A stretch of DNA of 64,000 nt, from NCBI RefSeq assembly GCF_036405355.1, contig NZ_DASWXT010000068.1, positions 15,303 through 79,302 on the forward strand. The letters run 5' to 3'. The notes under the pieces were generated by a model that saw nothing but the letters and a program-made list of their open reading frames with translations, was not told where the DNA came from and did no database searches. This document shows, piece by piece, positions 1 through 10,075 of this stretch. The DNA comes from Daejeonella sp. GTDB lineage: Bacteria; Bacteroidota; Bacteroidia; Sphingobacteriales; Sphingobacteriaceae. Numbering within the stretch: the first letter of the stretch is position 1; the number at the start of each line of letters is the position of its first letter. A program made the translations under genes and the position numbers.

Positions 1-1
1 G

Positions 2-973
2 GTTAATTTCTTTAATGGTACTGAGTATTAAGTTCCATTTCGTTGGCATCAAATTCTCTGGTGAAAGATTCAAATTAATATTAGTCCAGTCATTTACAGG
101 TTTTGATAAGCCATTGCTATTAAATAATGTTCCTAAACTTATATACCATCCATTATTGAACATATAATCACTTTCAAGTAAAATATTCAAAAGCCCCTTT
201 GAGTGCTGATTAGCTGCAAAATATTGGATCTCTCCTTTAAAACCTGCATCTCCAACATAGCCGGCCCATCCCGTTCCCAGGCTAAGATGATTCTTAAATA
301 TTCCACCAATAAACTGAATATCATAATTTCCTCTATTTACAGAATATTTAAAAGCAGCTATATTCCCTTGTTTTCTGCCAGTGTTTGCGTAAGCAATTTC
401 AATATTAGATGAATTATTAATTATATAACTGGCTCTTGCCCCATCAATACCTGCCCGTTCCTCATAATCGAAATCTAGAAAATTATAGGCATTGAAAATA
501 TCATTGGGATTCCAGGTTGTGGTAATTCCCCAGTTTATACGCTGCCTTCCTATTCGCACATTTAGGTTTTTATTCTGATAATCCATATTCAAGCGCTCGA
601 AATTACTGTGTAATACCATACTACTACTTAATTTCCAGTATCTCTGCATATTGATCAGTTCATTCACATTTCTTAAACTTTGAGCGAATGCAGGCACTTG
701 TTTTACATCATCACCCGAAAACAGACGGGTCCTTAACTCAGCAGTGGCAGTCAGATTATCTGAAATTAACCACTTCAAATTCAGCCGGTTGTGAACCATA
801 TTAGTTGCATCCCAATCCGAAAAATCCTTATCAGTTCGCAGTGTCTGAAGATCCTTAATATATCCATTGAACAGAAATTTTGTAGCATGTTCACTGGTTA
901 CAGTCGTACTATCCTGTCCAAAAACATGAGATGATAAAATAATAAACCCAATTAACTGAAAAAGCCTTTTCAT
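2..973 (-). CDS. Secreted hypothetical protein, probable outer-membrane beta-barrel partner of the ABC/LolA-like operon (partial; runs off window start)
   Basis: Translated by hand: ATG at 973, MKRLFQLIGFIILSSHVFGQ signal peptide, RIGRQRINWG...WNPNDIFN motif. Segments I translated (start and window-end parts) are open to base 2. Absent from the ORF track, probably because there is no stop in the window. Confidence 0.75.
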   Translation of the reverse strand, partial: MKRLFQLIGFIILSSHVFGQDSTTVTSEHATKFLFNGYIKDLQTLRTDKDFSDWDATNMVHNRLNLKWLISDNLTATAELRTRLFSGDDVKQVPAFAQSLRNVNELINMQRYWKLSSSMVLHSNFERLNMDYQNKNLNVRIGRQRINWGITTTWNPNDIFNAYNFLDFDYEERAGIDGARASYIINNSSNIEIAYANTGRKQGNIAAFKYSVNRGNYDIQFIGGIFKNHLSLGTGWAGYVGDAGFKGEIQYFAANQHSKGLLNILLESDYMFNNGWYISLGTLFNSNGLSKPVNDWTNINLNLSPENLMPTKWNLILSTIKEIN

Positions 974-1216
974 TAGTCTCCAGGTTGATTTTTTTTCGAC
1001 AATAAGCCCTTCCGGATTAAACTGGCCGGTGAGGCTTGCATGAACCCTTATCAATTTATTTTGGAAGTATAAGGTCAGCCTGCGGCATTAAGGCTTGTAC
1101 TAATTTCATTCCAAGTTTAAGAATCCGTGCTATTCAGAAGAATGAAAGACATCCTTCTGAGCATATTGCTAAATTATATTTAAGCATTTATTATAGTTCA
1201 TGAACAGTCAATGTTA

Positions 1217-1963
1217 TTAATTTTCAGATTTGTAATCATCTTTGTGGCTTGTTGACACCTCTGCAGTATCCTTCACTATTCTTCCGTCAACCAAAGTTAT
1301 AACCCTTCTCGCCCTATCAATAACCCGCTGATCATGCGTTGAAAAAAGGAAGGTAATATTTTCATCCTGGTTTAATCTGGCCATAATATCCAATAGATTG
1401 GATGCAGATTTGGTGTCAAGATTTGCAGTAGGCTCATCTGCAAGAATAAACTGGGGCTTGGAAGCCAATGCTCTCGCAACTGCTACTCTTTGTTGTTGGC
1501 CTCCGGATAACTTTGATGGTCTTTCATTCAGCTTTTCCATCATCTCTATCTGCAAAAAAAGCTGCTTTACCCTGGCTTCACGATCTTCCTTCTTTATTTT
1601 TTGAAGCTGCATAATAAACTCTACATTTTCTTTTGCGGTAAGTACAGGGATTAGATTAAACGACTGGAAAACGAAGCCAATATTTCTAAGTCTGAAGTCA
1701 ATCAGTTTATTAGCTGATAATTTAGTGATGTCCTGCCCATTGATATAAATACTCCCCTCATCAGGTTTATCCAGACCTCCTATCATATTTAGCAAAGTGG
1801 TTTTTCCTGAACCCGAAGGACCAACCAGGGCTGTAAACTCTCCTCTTTTCAGATGAAGGTGAACATTATTGACTGCATAAACAGGAATTGTATCTTTATT
1901 ATAAACCTTGCTGATATTATGGGCATCTATGACGGTATCCATGTCTGATTTTTTAAAGTTCAA
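1217..1963 (-). CDS. ABC transporter ATP-binding protein (LolD/MacB-type)
   Basis: Walker A GPSGSGKT, signature LSGGQQQRVA, ILADEPTANLD, H-loop STHD. Confidence 0.92.
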   Translation of the reverse strand: MNFKKSDMDTVIDAHNISKVYNKDTIPVYAVNNVHLHLKRGEFTALVGPSGSGKTTLLNMIGGLDKPDEGSIYINGQDITKLSANKLIDFRLRNIGFVFQSFNLIPVLTAKENVEFIMQLQKIKKEDREARVKQLFLQIEMMEKLNERPSKLSGGQQQRVAVARALASKPQFILADEPTANLDTKSASNLLDIMARLNQDENITFLFSTHDQRVIDRARRVITLVDGRIVKDTAEVSTSHKDDYKSEN

Positions 1964-1974
1964 TATAAAACCAA

Positions 1975-3189
1975 TTATCTTCTCAATGCTTCTACTGGTT
2001 GTAAACGCAAAGCCTTCAACGCCGGAAACAAACAGGATAGCAATGCTGTAAGAAATACAATTAAAAACACATCCAATATCTTATCAGCCGGAAACTCAGG
2101 AAAAATAATAGAACCGAATCCAAAACTGTTCATCATTTCATTGCCCATTCCGGACAGATCCAACCCTTTCTTTTGAAAGTAAGAAATAATGCCCCAGGCA
2201 GAAAAAATTCCGATTGGAGTACCTGCAAAAGTCAGAATAAAGGTTTCAAGAAGAACCAAAAAAAATATCTTAATCCGGTTTGTTCCTAAAGCCAGCATCA
2301 TCCCGATTTCCTTCGTTCGTTCAAGAATAGCCATCAGCATGGTGTTTACTATACCAAAGGCAAGTGCCAGCATGATAATAATCATGATGATATAGGAATA
2401 CTGATTAGTCGTTTTAACCAATAGGTTTGTCTCAGGAGAAACCTCCTGCCAGGTTTCAATTTTAAGATCAGGAAACTGTCTACTTAGCTGTTCCTTAAAT
2501 GCATCAAGATTCCCATCCTGCACAAGGATCAAAACAATTTCATGAAAAGATTGCCCGATATTAAGCATACTGTTCAGTGCTTTCATGGTGACATAAACAT
2601 TCCTTTCATCCAGCGGAGAATTGTCACTCCGGTAAATAGCGCATACGCGAAAGGCACCCGAAACTATTTCGCGGCTGGAATCGGTGAACGTCAGCACCAA
2701 TCTGGAACCTATTTTTAGTTTAAGTTTATCAGCAAGCTTCTTACCAATTATAATTTGATTTTTCTTCTCCTGATCAAAGACTTTCCCATCTATTATCTTT
2801 TTTCTGAGTTGAGATACAAGGTATTCCTGCACAGGAATAACTCCATTGATTTGTACACCAGCACTTCCACTGGCTGAGCTAAGCATACCTGTACTAATAC
2901 TTCTTGGGACAGCTAATTTAATCCCTGTAATGGAAATGAGACTTTTTAATACTTGCTGTCCGTTCTTTATGGTCAATTCAGGTTCATAATCATTTTTAAA
3001 TTCCGGATGATGCATTTGCAGGTGACCAACCTCTGCATCAATAACCGTGCGCACCCTGCTATCCATCATACCCTGATAGAGAGAAAGAATGGCAATTCCT
3101 GAGAATAAGCCAAGTGCAATGGATAGCATGATTACAATACTCCTGGTTTTATTGCGCCATATATTACGCCATGCCATTATCAATATCAT
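1975..3189 (-). CDS. FtsX/MacB-family ABC permease (LolE-like)
   Basis: AWRNIWRNKTRS N-terminus, periplasmic domain, NTMLMAILERTKEIGMMLALG motif, C-terminal PVEALR. Confidence 0.88.
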   Translation of the reverse strand: MILIMAWRNIWRNKTRSIVIMLSIALGLFSGIAILSLYQGMMDSRVRTVIDAEVGHLQMHHPEFKNDYEPELTIKNGQQVLKSLISITGIKLAVPRSISTGMLSSASGSAGVQINGVIPVQEYLVSQLRKKIIDGKVFDQEKKNQIIIGKKLADKLKLKIGSRLVLTFTDSSREIVSGAFRVCAIYRSDNSPLDERNVYVTMKALNSMLNIGQSFHEIVLILVQDGNLDAFKEQLSRQFPDLKIETWQEVSPETNLLVKTTNQYSYIIMIIIMLALAFGIVNTMLMAILERTKEIGMMLALGTNRIKIFFLVLLETFILTFAGTPIGIFSAWGIISYFQKKGLDLSGMGNEMMNSFGFGSIIFPEFPADKILDVFLIVFLTALLSCLFPALKALRLQPVEALRR

Positions 3190-3197
3190 ATATCCTC

Positions 3198-4415
3198 CTA
3201 TCTTTTCATTGAATTAACCGGATCCAGACGAATAATTTTAAATACAGGATATAAGGAAATTACAATACCGATAGCCAGTACAATCAGTCCCTGTTCCAGA
3301 AAGATGAAAAAATTAGTCGAGGTAGGAAATATGGCTTCAAAACCAAATTGCTCATATGCCTTTGCTGCATCGCCGCCCAACTTAACGGGATTTACTTTCA
3401 AATAATAAACTAGCGGAACGCTGAATAACAAACCCAGCACACATCCTGAAAATACAGTAAATACCGATTCGATAAGTAGAAGAATAATTAGTCTGGTCTT
3501 CTTCATACCAATAGCCACCAGCATGCCCAGTTCGAACTTCCGTTCCTCCATCATCATGAGTATAGTGCCAAAGATCCCGAAACAAATGAGCAGGTATAAA
3601 ATACCCAGGATATATTTTATATTCTCAGAATCTGTCTGAATATGCTGTTTGATATCGGGCATCATCTCCTCCCAGGTCATTACTTCAAAACTGTCGTTTA
3701 AATTTAGCCTTACCGATTCTGCACTTGAATTTAGATCTTCAGTATCCTTAAGAGACAGAATATAGGACGTAATGATATCATAGGCCTGAAACAGGTCCTG
3801 ACTTGCAGCCAGGGGCAAAAACAGAGTCTTGTCGTTCAGATCAGGTGAACCAAATCTCAAAATCCCTTTAACCGGGTATTTACCTGCAGCAGTAGCACCA
3901 TGATAGCCCTGTCCAAGCAGAACTATAGTATCATTAAGGTTTAATTTCAATCGGTTAGCGAGCCCTTCTGAAAGCAAGACGGCAAAATCATTACTTTTCA
4001 GATATTGGCCTTTGGTAAGCTTGCTTTTAAGTGAGGTTATCACATTCTCTTTGTCAGGGTTTATACCAACAACAAGGCAACCCTTGGTCAGTTCCCCGGA
4101 AGAGGCAAGTGCAAAAGATTCGAGTCGGCCTGTTACTGAACTGATATTGGAATACTTCAGAATTGTGGATTCTGTTTCTGCTGAAGATTCAAAGCTGTTA
4201 TCCAGAATCTGTTCATCCCAATAGCCTTTCTTATGAACCTGAACATAGCCGCTGTAAAAACTAACGACATTCTTGACCAGATTATTAAAAACACCCTCCT
4301 GCAGACTATTTGCCAGAACCGATAACATAACGGCAAAAAAAATGGCTGCCATCGTAATAAATGTACGGTTGCGATTTCGCCAGATATTTTTCCATGCCAA
4401 TCGGATCAACCACAT
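3198..4415 (-). CDS. FtsX/MacB-family ABC permease (second paralogue)
   Basis: AWKNIWRNRNRT, MMEERKFELGMLVAIG, C-terminal LDPVNSMK. Confidence 0.88.
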   Translation of the reverse strand: MWLIRLAWKNIWRNRNRTFITMAAIFFAVMLSVLANSLQEGVFNNLVKNVVSFYSGYVQVHKKGYWDEQILDNSFESSAETESTILKYSNISSVTGRLESFALASSGELTKGCLVVGINPDKENVITSLKSKLTKGQYLKSNDFAVLLSEGLANRLKLNLNDTIVLLGQGYHGATAAGKYPVKGILRFGSPDLNDKTLFLPLAASQDLFQAYDIITSYILSLKDTEDLNSSAESVRLNLNDSFEVMTWEEMMPDIKQHIQTDSENIKYILGILYLLICFGIFGTILMMMEERKFELGMLVAIGMKKTRLIILLLIESVFTVFSGCVLGLLFSVPLVYYLKVNPVKLGGDAAKAYEQFGFEAIFPTSTNFFIFLEQGLIVLAIGIVISLYPVFKIIRLDPVNSMKR

Positions 4416-4416
4416 A

Positions 4417-5160
4417 TTATTTCAGGGTTTTCATTTGCGCAACCGAAAAGAAATCTTCGGCAATGGGAATATTATATTCAACTTTTTCATAGATCATTTC
4501 TGTTTTTTGCCCCTTTTTGTCAGATGGAATCATTTCGAAGCGAGTGGGAATAATGCGGTCGTGCATCAATTTTATATCATAGCTGTTCATTGTGTTGATC
4601 AACTCCCCTTCTTCGTCATAAAAACGGCTATGAAGTTCAAGAAAATCCTTCTTATCTATACAGAGTATCACTTTGCTCCAGATAACTGCGGCTTCGGCTT
4701 TGGGAATCATCTGAATGATATAGCAGTTCCTTTCGCGGATCAGGGTATCCCCTATAACCTTGTGATTATAATCCTCAACTATGGACGATTCCCTGACCAG
4801 ATCATCATTAGTAAAATCAGTACCCATCCAACTTTGACTCATCATTGAAGGGGGAAGCTTAATGTTTCTCTCAAGGGTTGGCAGCCAGTTCCATACCTCT
4901 TTTTTCTTCTTAAGAAATGAAATTCCCTTATCCCTAATCGGTTCTTGAACAAGAATCATGGCCAGATCATTGCCCTTGAGCCATAATTTGCAATGCATTT
5001 CCCTTGTCCAGGTTGGACGGATAGTTTTAACTACTATCTCAGCCTTCAAGGTGTTGCCGCGCATTTTATCGTCAGCTTTTTTTACTATTTCGCGGGCGCT
5101 ATCTGCCTGAAAGACATATAAAATAAGGAAAACGAAACTATAGAAGGTGTGAATTATCAT
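4417..5160 (-). CDS. Outer-membrane lipoprotein-sorting (LolA-like) protein
   Basis: Signal peptide; MMSQSWMGTDFTNDDLV motif typical of LolA-like sorting proteins; operon context. Confidence 0.82.
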   Translation of the reverse strand: MIIHTFYSFVFLILYVFQADSAREIVKKADDKMRGNTLKAEIVVKTIRPTWTREMHCKLWLKGNDLAMILVQEPIRDKGISFLKKKKEVWNWLPTLERNIKLPPSMMSQSWMGTDFTNDDLVRESSIVEDYNHKVIGDTLIRERNCYIIQMIPKAEAAVIWSKVILCIDKKDFLELHSRFYDEEGELINTMNSYDIKLMHDRIIPTRFEMIPSDKKGQKTEMIYEKVEYNIPIAEDFFSVAQMKTLK

Positions 5161-5279
5161 TTCTTATGATTCTGATTATATTGATTATATGTTAAAATAT
5201 ATGCATTGTTATAATCATTAAGGAAATCTGGATCACCTTGCCAAAATCAGAAACAGGGAATTGTAATCAGTGCTCTTTA

Positions 5280-6266
5280 CTATGGTTTTTTGGCCTGATT
5301 ATTCCTTTCCTGCCTTCTAAAATAACCCCTCAATAGAAAACTGCTCTTAAGTGCTTCCATGTTTTGATTGAAACCATCAGTCCCCTTCCGGAGATTATCA
5401 ATGCTTGTGTTAAGGTTCTTTACCATTACAGAGTCCTTAAGAAATGCATTTGCAGGCCCTTTACCTGAATTTAAATCCTGCTGAATACCTTTTACAATAG
5501 TTCCAATATCATTGGTTAATCGATCTGCCTGGCTACCGACTTTATTCATTTTAAGAACAGCTTCATTGAGGTTATATGCAAACGCAGTATCTTTTAAAAG
5601 CATCCCTACAGAGCCTTTTCCAGCCTTCATATCAGCAATAATGGTGTGCAGATCATCAGCCATCATACCGGCCCTGGATGTAGTTAAACGAAGATTTGCT
5701 GCGGATTGGCGAATTTCGTTAGGGAGTGCGTCATCATTAAGTAATTCCCATAATGCAGTACTGCTATTGACCCGCTGCACTGTAATCTTTAATCCGGAAA
5801 CAATTTCTGAAATATCATTGTTTGTGTTTGACAATTTTTGGAGAATTGCATCGGTATCAATTGGTCTTTTAGAGAAAATAACATCCCCTTCCTGAGCAAG
5901 TTCGGCATGTTCCTTACCGGGAACGATATTGATAACCTTGTTACCGACAATACCATCAGTCCCGATCGAGGCAATCGCATCTTTACGAATAATATCCTGC
6001 ATTTCAGTATCAATCATCATAGAAACCTCAATTGTGGTATCATTAACAATTTTTATATTCTTAACTGTACCAGCCTGAATACCTGAATAACGAACATTAT
6101 TCCCGGGAATCAATCCCTGTACATTTTCAAATTTTGCTTTTAACAAGTAGGTAGAACCAAAAATGCTTTTATTTCTTCCGATCATAAAAAGCAGCAGGAT
6201 AAGAAAGGCCAGACCACTAAGTACAAAAACACCCAGTCTAACATTATTTACAATTTTTTTTGCCAT
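5280..6266 (-). CDS. mlaD: MlaD/MCE-family protein with long helical C-terminus
   Basis: N-terminal TM, F.NVQGL..GNNVRYSGIQAGTV MCE motif, IGTDGIVGNKVINI. Confidence 0.85.
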   Translation of the reverse strand: MAKKIVNNVRLGVFVLSGLAFLILLLFMIGRNKSIFGSTYLLKAKFENVQGLIPGNNVRYSGIQAGTVKNIKIVNDTTIEVSMMIDTEMQDIIRKDAIASIGTDGIVGNKVINIVPGKEHAELAQEGDVIFSKRPIDTDAILQKLSNTNNDISEIVSGLKITVQRVNSSTALWELLNDDALPNEIRQSAANLRLTTSRAGMMADDLHTIIADMKAGKGSVGMLLKDTAFAYNLNEAVLKMNKVGSQADRLTNDIGTIVKGIQQDLNSGKGPANAFLKDSVMVKNLNTSIDNLRKGTDGFNQNMEALKSSFLLRGYFRRQERNNQAKKP

Positions 6267-6272
6267 AAAAAT

Positions 6273-7031
6273 CTATTCAAAAAACAGTTTCACCTTTGGA
6301 TCAACTGATTGTGTTATTTCTTTATAAGTACCATTCGCATAACACATTCCATCAATCAGCATCACAACCCGGTCACTTGCCATACGAACACAATTCATAT
6401 CATGTGAAATAATCAATGATGTAGTTTTATACTTTTGCTGTATTTCTACCATCAGTTCGATGATTTCTTTACTTGTTATGGTATCCAATCCCGTTGTAGG
6501 TTCATCGTAAAGGATGATCTCCGGTTTTAAAATCAATGTTCTGGCCAGTGCGACTCTTTTCCTCATCCCACCTGATAATTCTACTGGCATCATATCAATG
6601 GTATGTGCAAGCCCAACATCTTCCAAAGCGCTAATAACCATTTTATCTACTTCTTTTTGGCTAATTTCCAGCCAGTGCCTTCGCAATGGAAATTCCAAAT
6701 TCTCCCTTACAGTCATTGAATCGTATAAGGCATTACTCTGAAAGAGAAAACCCACTTTCGCTCTGATCTGATCCAATTCGTCATGGTCCAGATCAGGAAT
6801 ATTATGACCAAAAACACGAATACTACCCTTATCAGGTTTTATCAATCCAATAATGCACTTAATGAGCACCGATTTTCCTGAACCCGATTTGCCTAAAACA
6901 ACCACACTTTCCCCCCTGACCAGTTCAAGATTAAAATCCTTCAAAACATGATTATCAGCAAAGGATTTATACAATCCTTTGATAATCATTACTTTGTTTG
7001 ATTTTATATCTAGTTTTAATTCAGAGTGCAT
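6273..7031 (-). CDS. mlaF: MlaF-like ABC ATPase
   Basis: GKSGSGKS, FQSNALYDSMTV, LSGGMRKRVALAR, YDEPTTGLD. Confidence 0.88.
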   Translation of the reverse strand: MHSELKLDIKSNKVMIIKGLYKSFADNHVLKDFNLELVRGESVVVLGKSGSGKSVLIKCIIGLIKPDKGSIRVFGHNIPDLDHDELDQIRAKVGFLFQSNALYDSMTVRENLEFPLRRHWLEISQKEVDKMVISALEDVGLAHTIDMMPVELSGGMRKRVALARTLILKPEIILYDEPTTGLDTITSKEIIELMVEIQQKYKTTSLIISHDMNCVRMASDRVVMLIDGMCYANGTYKEITQSVDPKVKLFFE

Positions 7032-7036
7032 ATTTA

Positions 7037-7804
7037 TTAATAACCCAAAATATCAGTAACCTGAACAGCCAACAGATCGATCACAAAAATGATTACAGAA
7101 GAAACGACTACTGCTGAATTAGCAGAACGTCCTACCCCCTCTGTACCCTTACTGCTGTTATATCCTTTGTAACATCCTATAATTCCTACAGCAAATCCAA
7201 AAAAGAAACTTTTTGTAAATGCAGGCAAAACATCACCAAATACCAGGTTATCAAAAACCTGTGTCCAATATAAAATGAAGCTTGTTTTTGAGTGAATATT
7301 AACTCCCAGATAGGCACCGTATAATGAAATTGCATCACCCAGCATAACCAGCACAGGAAGCATCAAAGTACAGGCTAAAACCCTGGTTGCAACAAGATAC
7401 TTGAAAGGATTGGTACCACTTACTTCCATTGCATCAATTTGTTCGGTAACCTTCATTGATCCAAGTTCAGCACCTATGCTGCTACCTATCTTTCCGGCGA
7501 ATATCAAGGCAGTAATTACGGGACCTACTTCCCGTACAACAGCAATTGCAACAATTGCAGGCAACTGGGCTTCCACACCATAATCTGCCATCGATGGCCT
7601 AAGCTGCATGGTTAAAACCAGCCCCATAATAAAAGCTGTAAGACCTATCAGTGGCAGTGATTTATAGCCAATTACATAACATTGCTTTAAAAATTCAGAA
7701 AATTCAAATGGCGGATTCAATCCATGCCTGAAAAAGCGCTGAGCAAATCTGAATAACTCACCATTCAGGGTTAAAAATGATTTTAAATCCGACTTTAATG
7801 ACAT
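7037..7804 (-). CDS. mlaE: MlaE-family permease
   Basis: REVGPVITAL..AGKIGSSIGAELGSMKVTEQIDAMEV hallmark. Confidence 0.92.
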   Translation of the reverse strand: MSLKSDLKSFLTLNGELFRFAQRFFRHGLNPPFEFSEFLKQCYVIGYKSLPLIGLTAFIMGLVLTMQLRPSMADYGVEAQLPAIVAIAVVREVGPVITALIFAGKIGSSIGAELGSMKVTEQIDAMEVSGTNPFKYLVATRVLACTLMLPVLVMLGDAISLYGAYLGVNIHSKTSFILYWTQVFDNLVFGDVLPAFTKSFFFGFAVGIIGCYKGYNSSKGTEGVGRSANSAVVVSSVIIFVIDLLAVQVTDILGY

Positions 7805-7866
7805 ACCATTTAATGATACAAAATACTTATTATTTACAAAACTAATTGATTGTGAAAATGATCTGC

Positions 7867-7880
7867 CTGACAGATGTCAA
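7867..7880. promoter_or_regulatory. Candidate Crp/Fnr-type box upstream of the mlaE operon
   Basis: CTGAC-AGAT-GTCAA inverted repeat about 60 bp upstream of mlaE; weaker CTGAC-TGAA-CTCAT nearby (about 7889-7902). Confidence 0.4.
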
Positions 7881-7950
7881 TTAAAAAACTGACTGAACTC
7901 ATATTTTTCATGAATTAGCCTTTGATTGTGTGTAATCACAAAGCCGGAAT

Positions 7951-8973
7951 CTATTTAACCTGATTCCCTTTAACCCTTTCTATGAGTGCTTTGGCGGTTT
8001 GAATGTTCCAGCCATCAAACCGGCCTCTTTGCACAACCAATTCATTATCTTCAGGATGCTGCAAATAATAATGAAAAACAAATTTTCCCTTCGGATTATA
8101 CCATCCTACAATCTGACCAAAACGCAAATCGTTAAAAACCAAACTATCTCCATGATGTTCAACGGTATAAAATTGTTTTGAAAAACGGATTAATTTATGG
8201 AGGTCAGGATGATCTATTACTGGCTTTAAGAGTGAGTCATTTCTTGGAAAATACTGAAATTCCATCGATTTGCTATTATCAAACAAAGAACGAAAACCAA
8301 CGTGATAGCCTTTGTTATCACCTGCTACCACATACCAAAGCCAGTTCTGTAAGGGAGCAGGCGTTGTAAAATACCGGGTATAGGAAATTTTCTTCTCCTC
8401 CAGAATCCTCCTGATATCATTATCTATTACCGCTTTATTAAACAGACAATAGATAAGGTATAAGGAAGACATTCCGATCCCAAACCTCCACCAAATTCTT
8501 TTTTGTTGATCTTTCCCAGCTTTTAAAAACAAGAGTGCTAAAAAAGCAATACCAGGCCAGATTGAAAAGAAAGGATCAGCTACATAAATTGCATTAAAAG
8601 ATATTCGCTTATGGCTAAATGGCTCGAACCATCCAACACCATAATTATTGAATGCATCAATGAAATCGTGAATAAACACCAGAGAAGTAAAGAACAGAAA
8701 CCACTTTAATAAACTAATATTATGGGGACGATGCCAGCGTTCAGCGAGCAATGCTAAAATTAGTCCGGATATTAAACAGAATAGAAATGAATGGGTAAAT
8801 CCGCGATGAGCCAGTAAATTAGATGAGGTATCCATCCAAAATGAGGCTAAAAAATCAATATCAGGGATACTCTGAGCCAGTGCCCCCCAAAGCATAGCCT
8901 TCCTCCCTAATTGTTTACCGGCAAAGGCTTCACCCATGCATGCACCGAGGGCAATATGAGTGATAGAATCCAT
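7951..8973 (-). CDS. Membrane metal-dependent hydrolase (YdjM-like)
   Basis: MDSITH, PDID, HRGFTHS, H.F.DAFN.YG motifs. Confidence 0.85.
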   Translation of the reverse strand: MDSITHIALGACMGEAFAGKQLGRKAMLWGALAQSIPDIDFLASFWMDTSSNLLAHRGFTHSFLFCLISGLILALLAERWHRPHNISLLKWFLFFTSLVFIHDFIDAFNNYGVGWFEPFSHKRISFNAIYVADPFFSIWPGIAFLALLFLKAGKDQQKRIWWRFGIGMSSLYLIYCLFNKAVIDNDIRRILEEKKISYTRYFTTPAPLQNWLWYVVAGDNKGYHVGFRSLFDNSKSMEFQYFPRNDSLLKPVIDHPDLHKLIRFSKQFYTVEHHGDSLVFNDLRFGQIVGWYNPKGKFVFHYYLQHPEDNELVVQRGRFDGWNIQTAKALIERVKGNQVK

Positions 8974-10004
8974 TAATTTGAAACTTTTATACTTACCGTG
9001 GTCCCTCCTTTGTCCTTACTTTCATCAGCAGCTTCCATAAATGCAATTATTTCCAATGTTTCTTCCTGATTCACAGGTGCTGTTCCTGTTTCAAAAAACA
9101 TGATAATTTGTTCAAGCAAAGGGTCGTAACCCTTAAATTCGCCTAAAGTAAGGTTTGCCTTTTCACCAAAAACGGTTCCTCCAAAATCACTTGCAGCTAC
9201 TTTCCCTCCATAATTATAATTGCCGTTGCGCGTACCTCTAAAACTTCCGAGTCTTCCATCTTCCCAAACACCCACCACAATATCAGTGTCTTTGGTATGT
9301 ATTCTGGTCACCTTTTTACAGCCTGTACCCATTATGGTAAATAATAGCTCGACACCATGAATACCATACCAAAATAAATCTGGATGTGTCTTTTCTATAA
9401 TTGCCGGACTAAAAGTTTCGGCTCCTAGCACTTTGCCAATTTTCCCAAGCTTAATTTCAGAAATACCTGTAATAAATCTTAAAGATGAAGAAGAAAACAC
9501 AGGCGTTTTGTATTGTTTCGCCGCAGCAAAAATTGCTTTTGCATCTGCCAGAGATGTGGCGATTGGTTTATCAATGAATACCGGTTTACCTGCTTTTAAT
9601 ACCTGTATAGCCTGGTCAAGATGTAAACGTCCGTCATTGGTTTCCAATAGAACTACATCTACTTTCTTTAACAGATCAGCAATAGAGGGAACAATCTCTA
9701 CTCCCATCTTTTTTACTTCTTCGGTATATCCCGGAATTCTTTCAACACTGGTAATGATGTCATTACTGCCTTTAGGATATGCAGCAACAATTTTATAGCC
9801 TTTATAAACGGCAGCGGCATCTGTGGCATTTAATGTTTTGGTAAATGCTACAGAATGTGAGGTATCTAAACCGATAATACCGACTCTTTTACCTGTTATA
9901 AGGGCTGATTTACCATAAAGTGAACTTATATTTCCATAAATACCTAAACCCGTACCAGCCAGAGCAGACATCTTTATAAAATTTCTCCGATTGTAAGTAC
10001 TCAT
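8973..10004 (-). CDS. Tat-exported Gfo/Idh/MocA oxidoreductase
   Basis: YNRRNFIK Tat motif; VGIIGLDTSH; VFIDKP; FWYGIHGVE. Confidence 0.85.
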   Translation of the reverse strand: MSTYNRRNFIKMSALAGTGLGIYGNISSLYGKSALITGKRVGIIGLDTSHSVAFTKTLNATDAAAVYKGYKIVAAYPKGSNDIITSVERIPGYTEEVKKMGVEIVPSIADLLKKVDVVLLETNDGRLHLDQAIQVLKAGKPVFIDKPIATSLADAKAIFAAAKQYKTPVFSSSSLRFITGISEIKLGKIGKVLGAETFSPAIIEKTHPDLFWYGIHGVELLFTIMGTGCKKVTRIHTKDTDIVVGVWEDGRLGSFRGTRNGNYNYGGKVAASDFGGTVFGEKANLTLGEFKGYDPLLEQIIMFFETGTAPVNQEETLEIIAFMEAADESKDKGGTTVSIKVSN

Positions 10005-10006
10005 AA

Positions 10007-10040
10007 GAATCTATATTAAGCTTGAATCTATATTAAGCTT
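10007..10040. repeat. Perfect 17-bp tandem duplication
   Basis: GAATCTATATTAAGCTT x2. Confidence 0.95.
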
Positions 10041-10075
10041 GTTTGTATACTATAGCTTCAAAGCAAGATAATAAA

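Noticed and set aside
974-1216. Possible small gene or pseudogene in the gap before the barrel gene
   Set aside because: Short frames with stops and no recognisable motif
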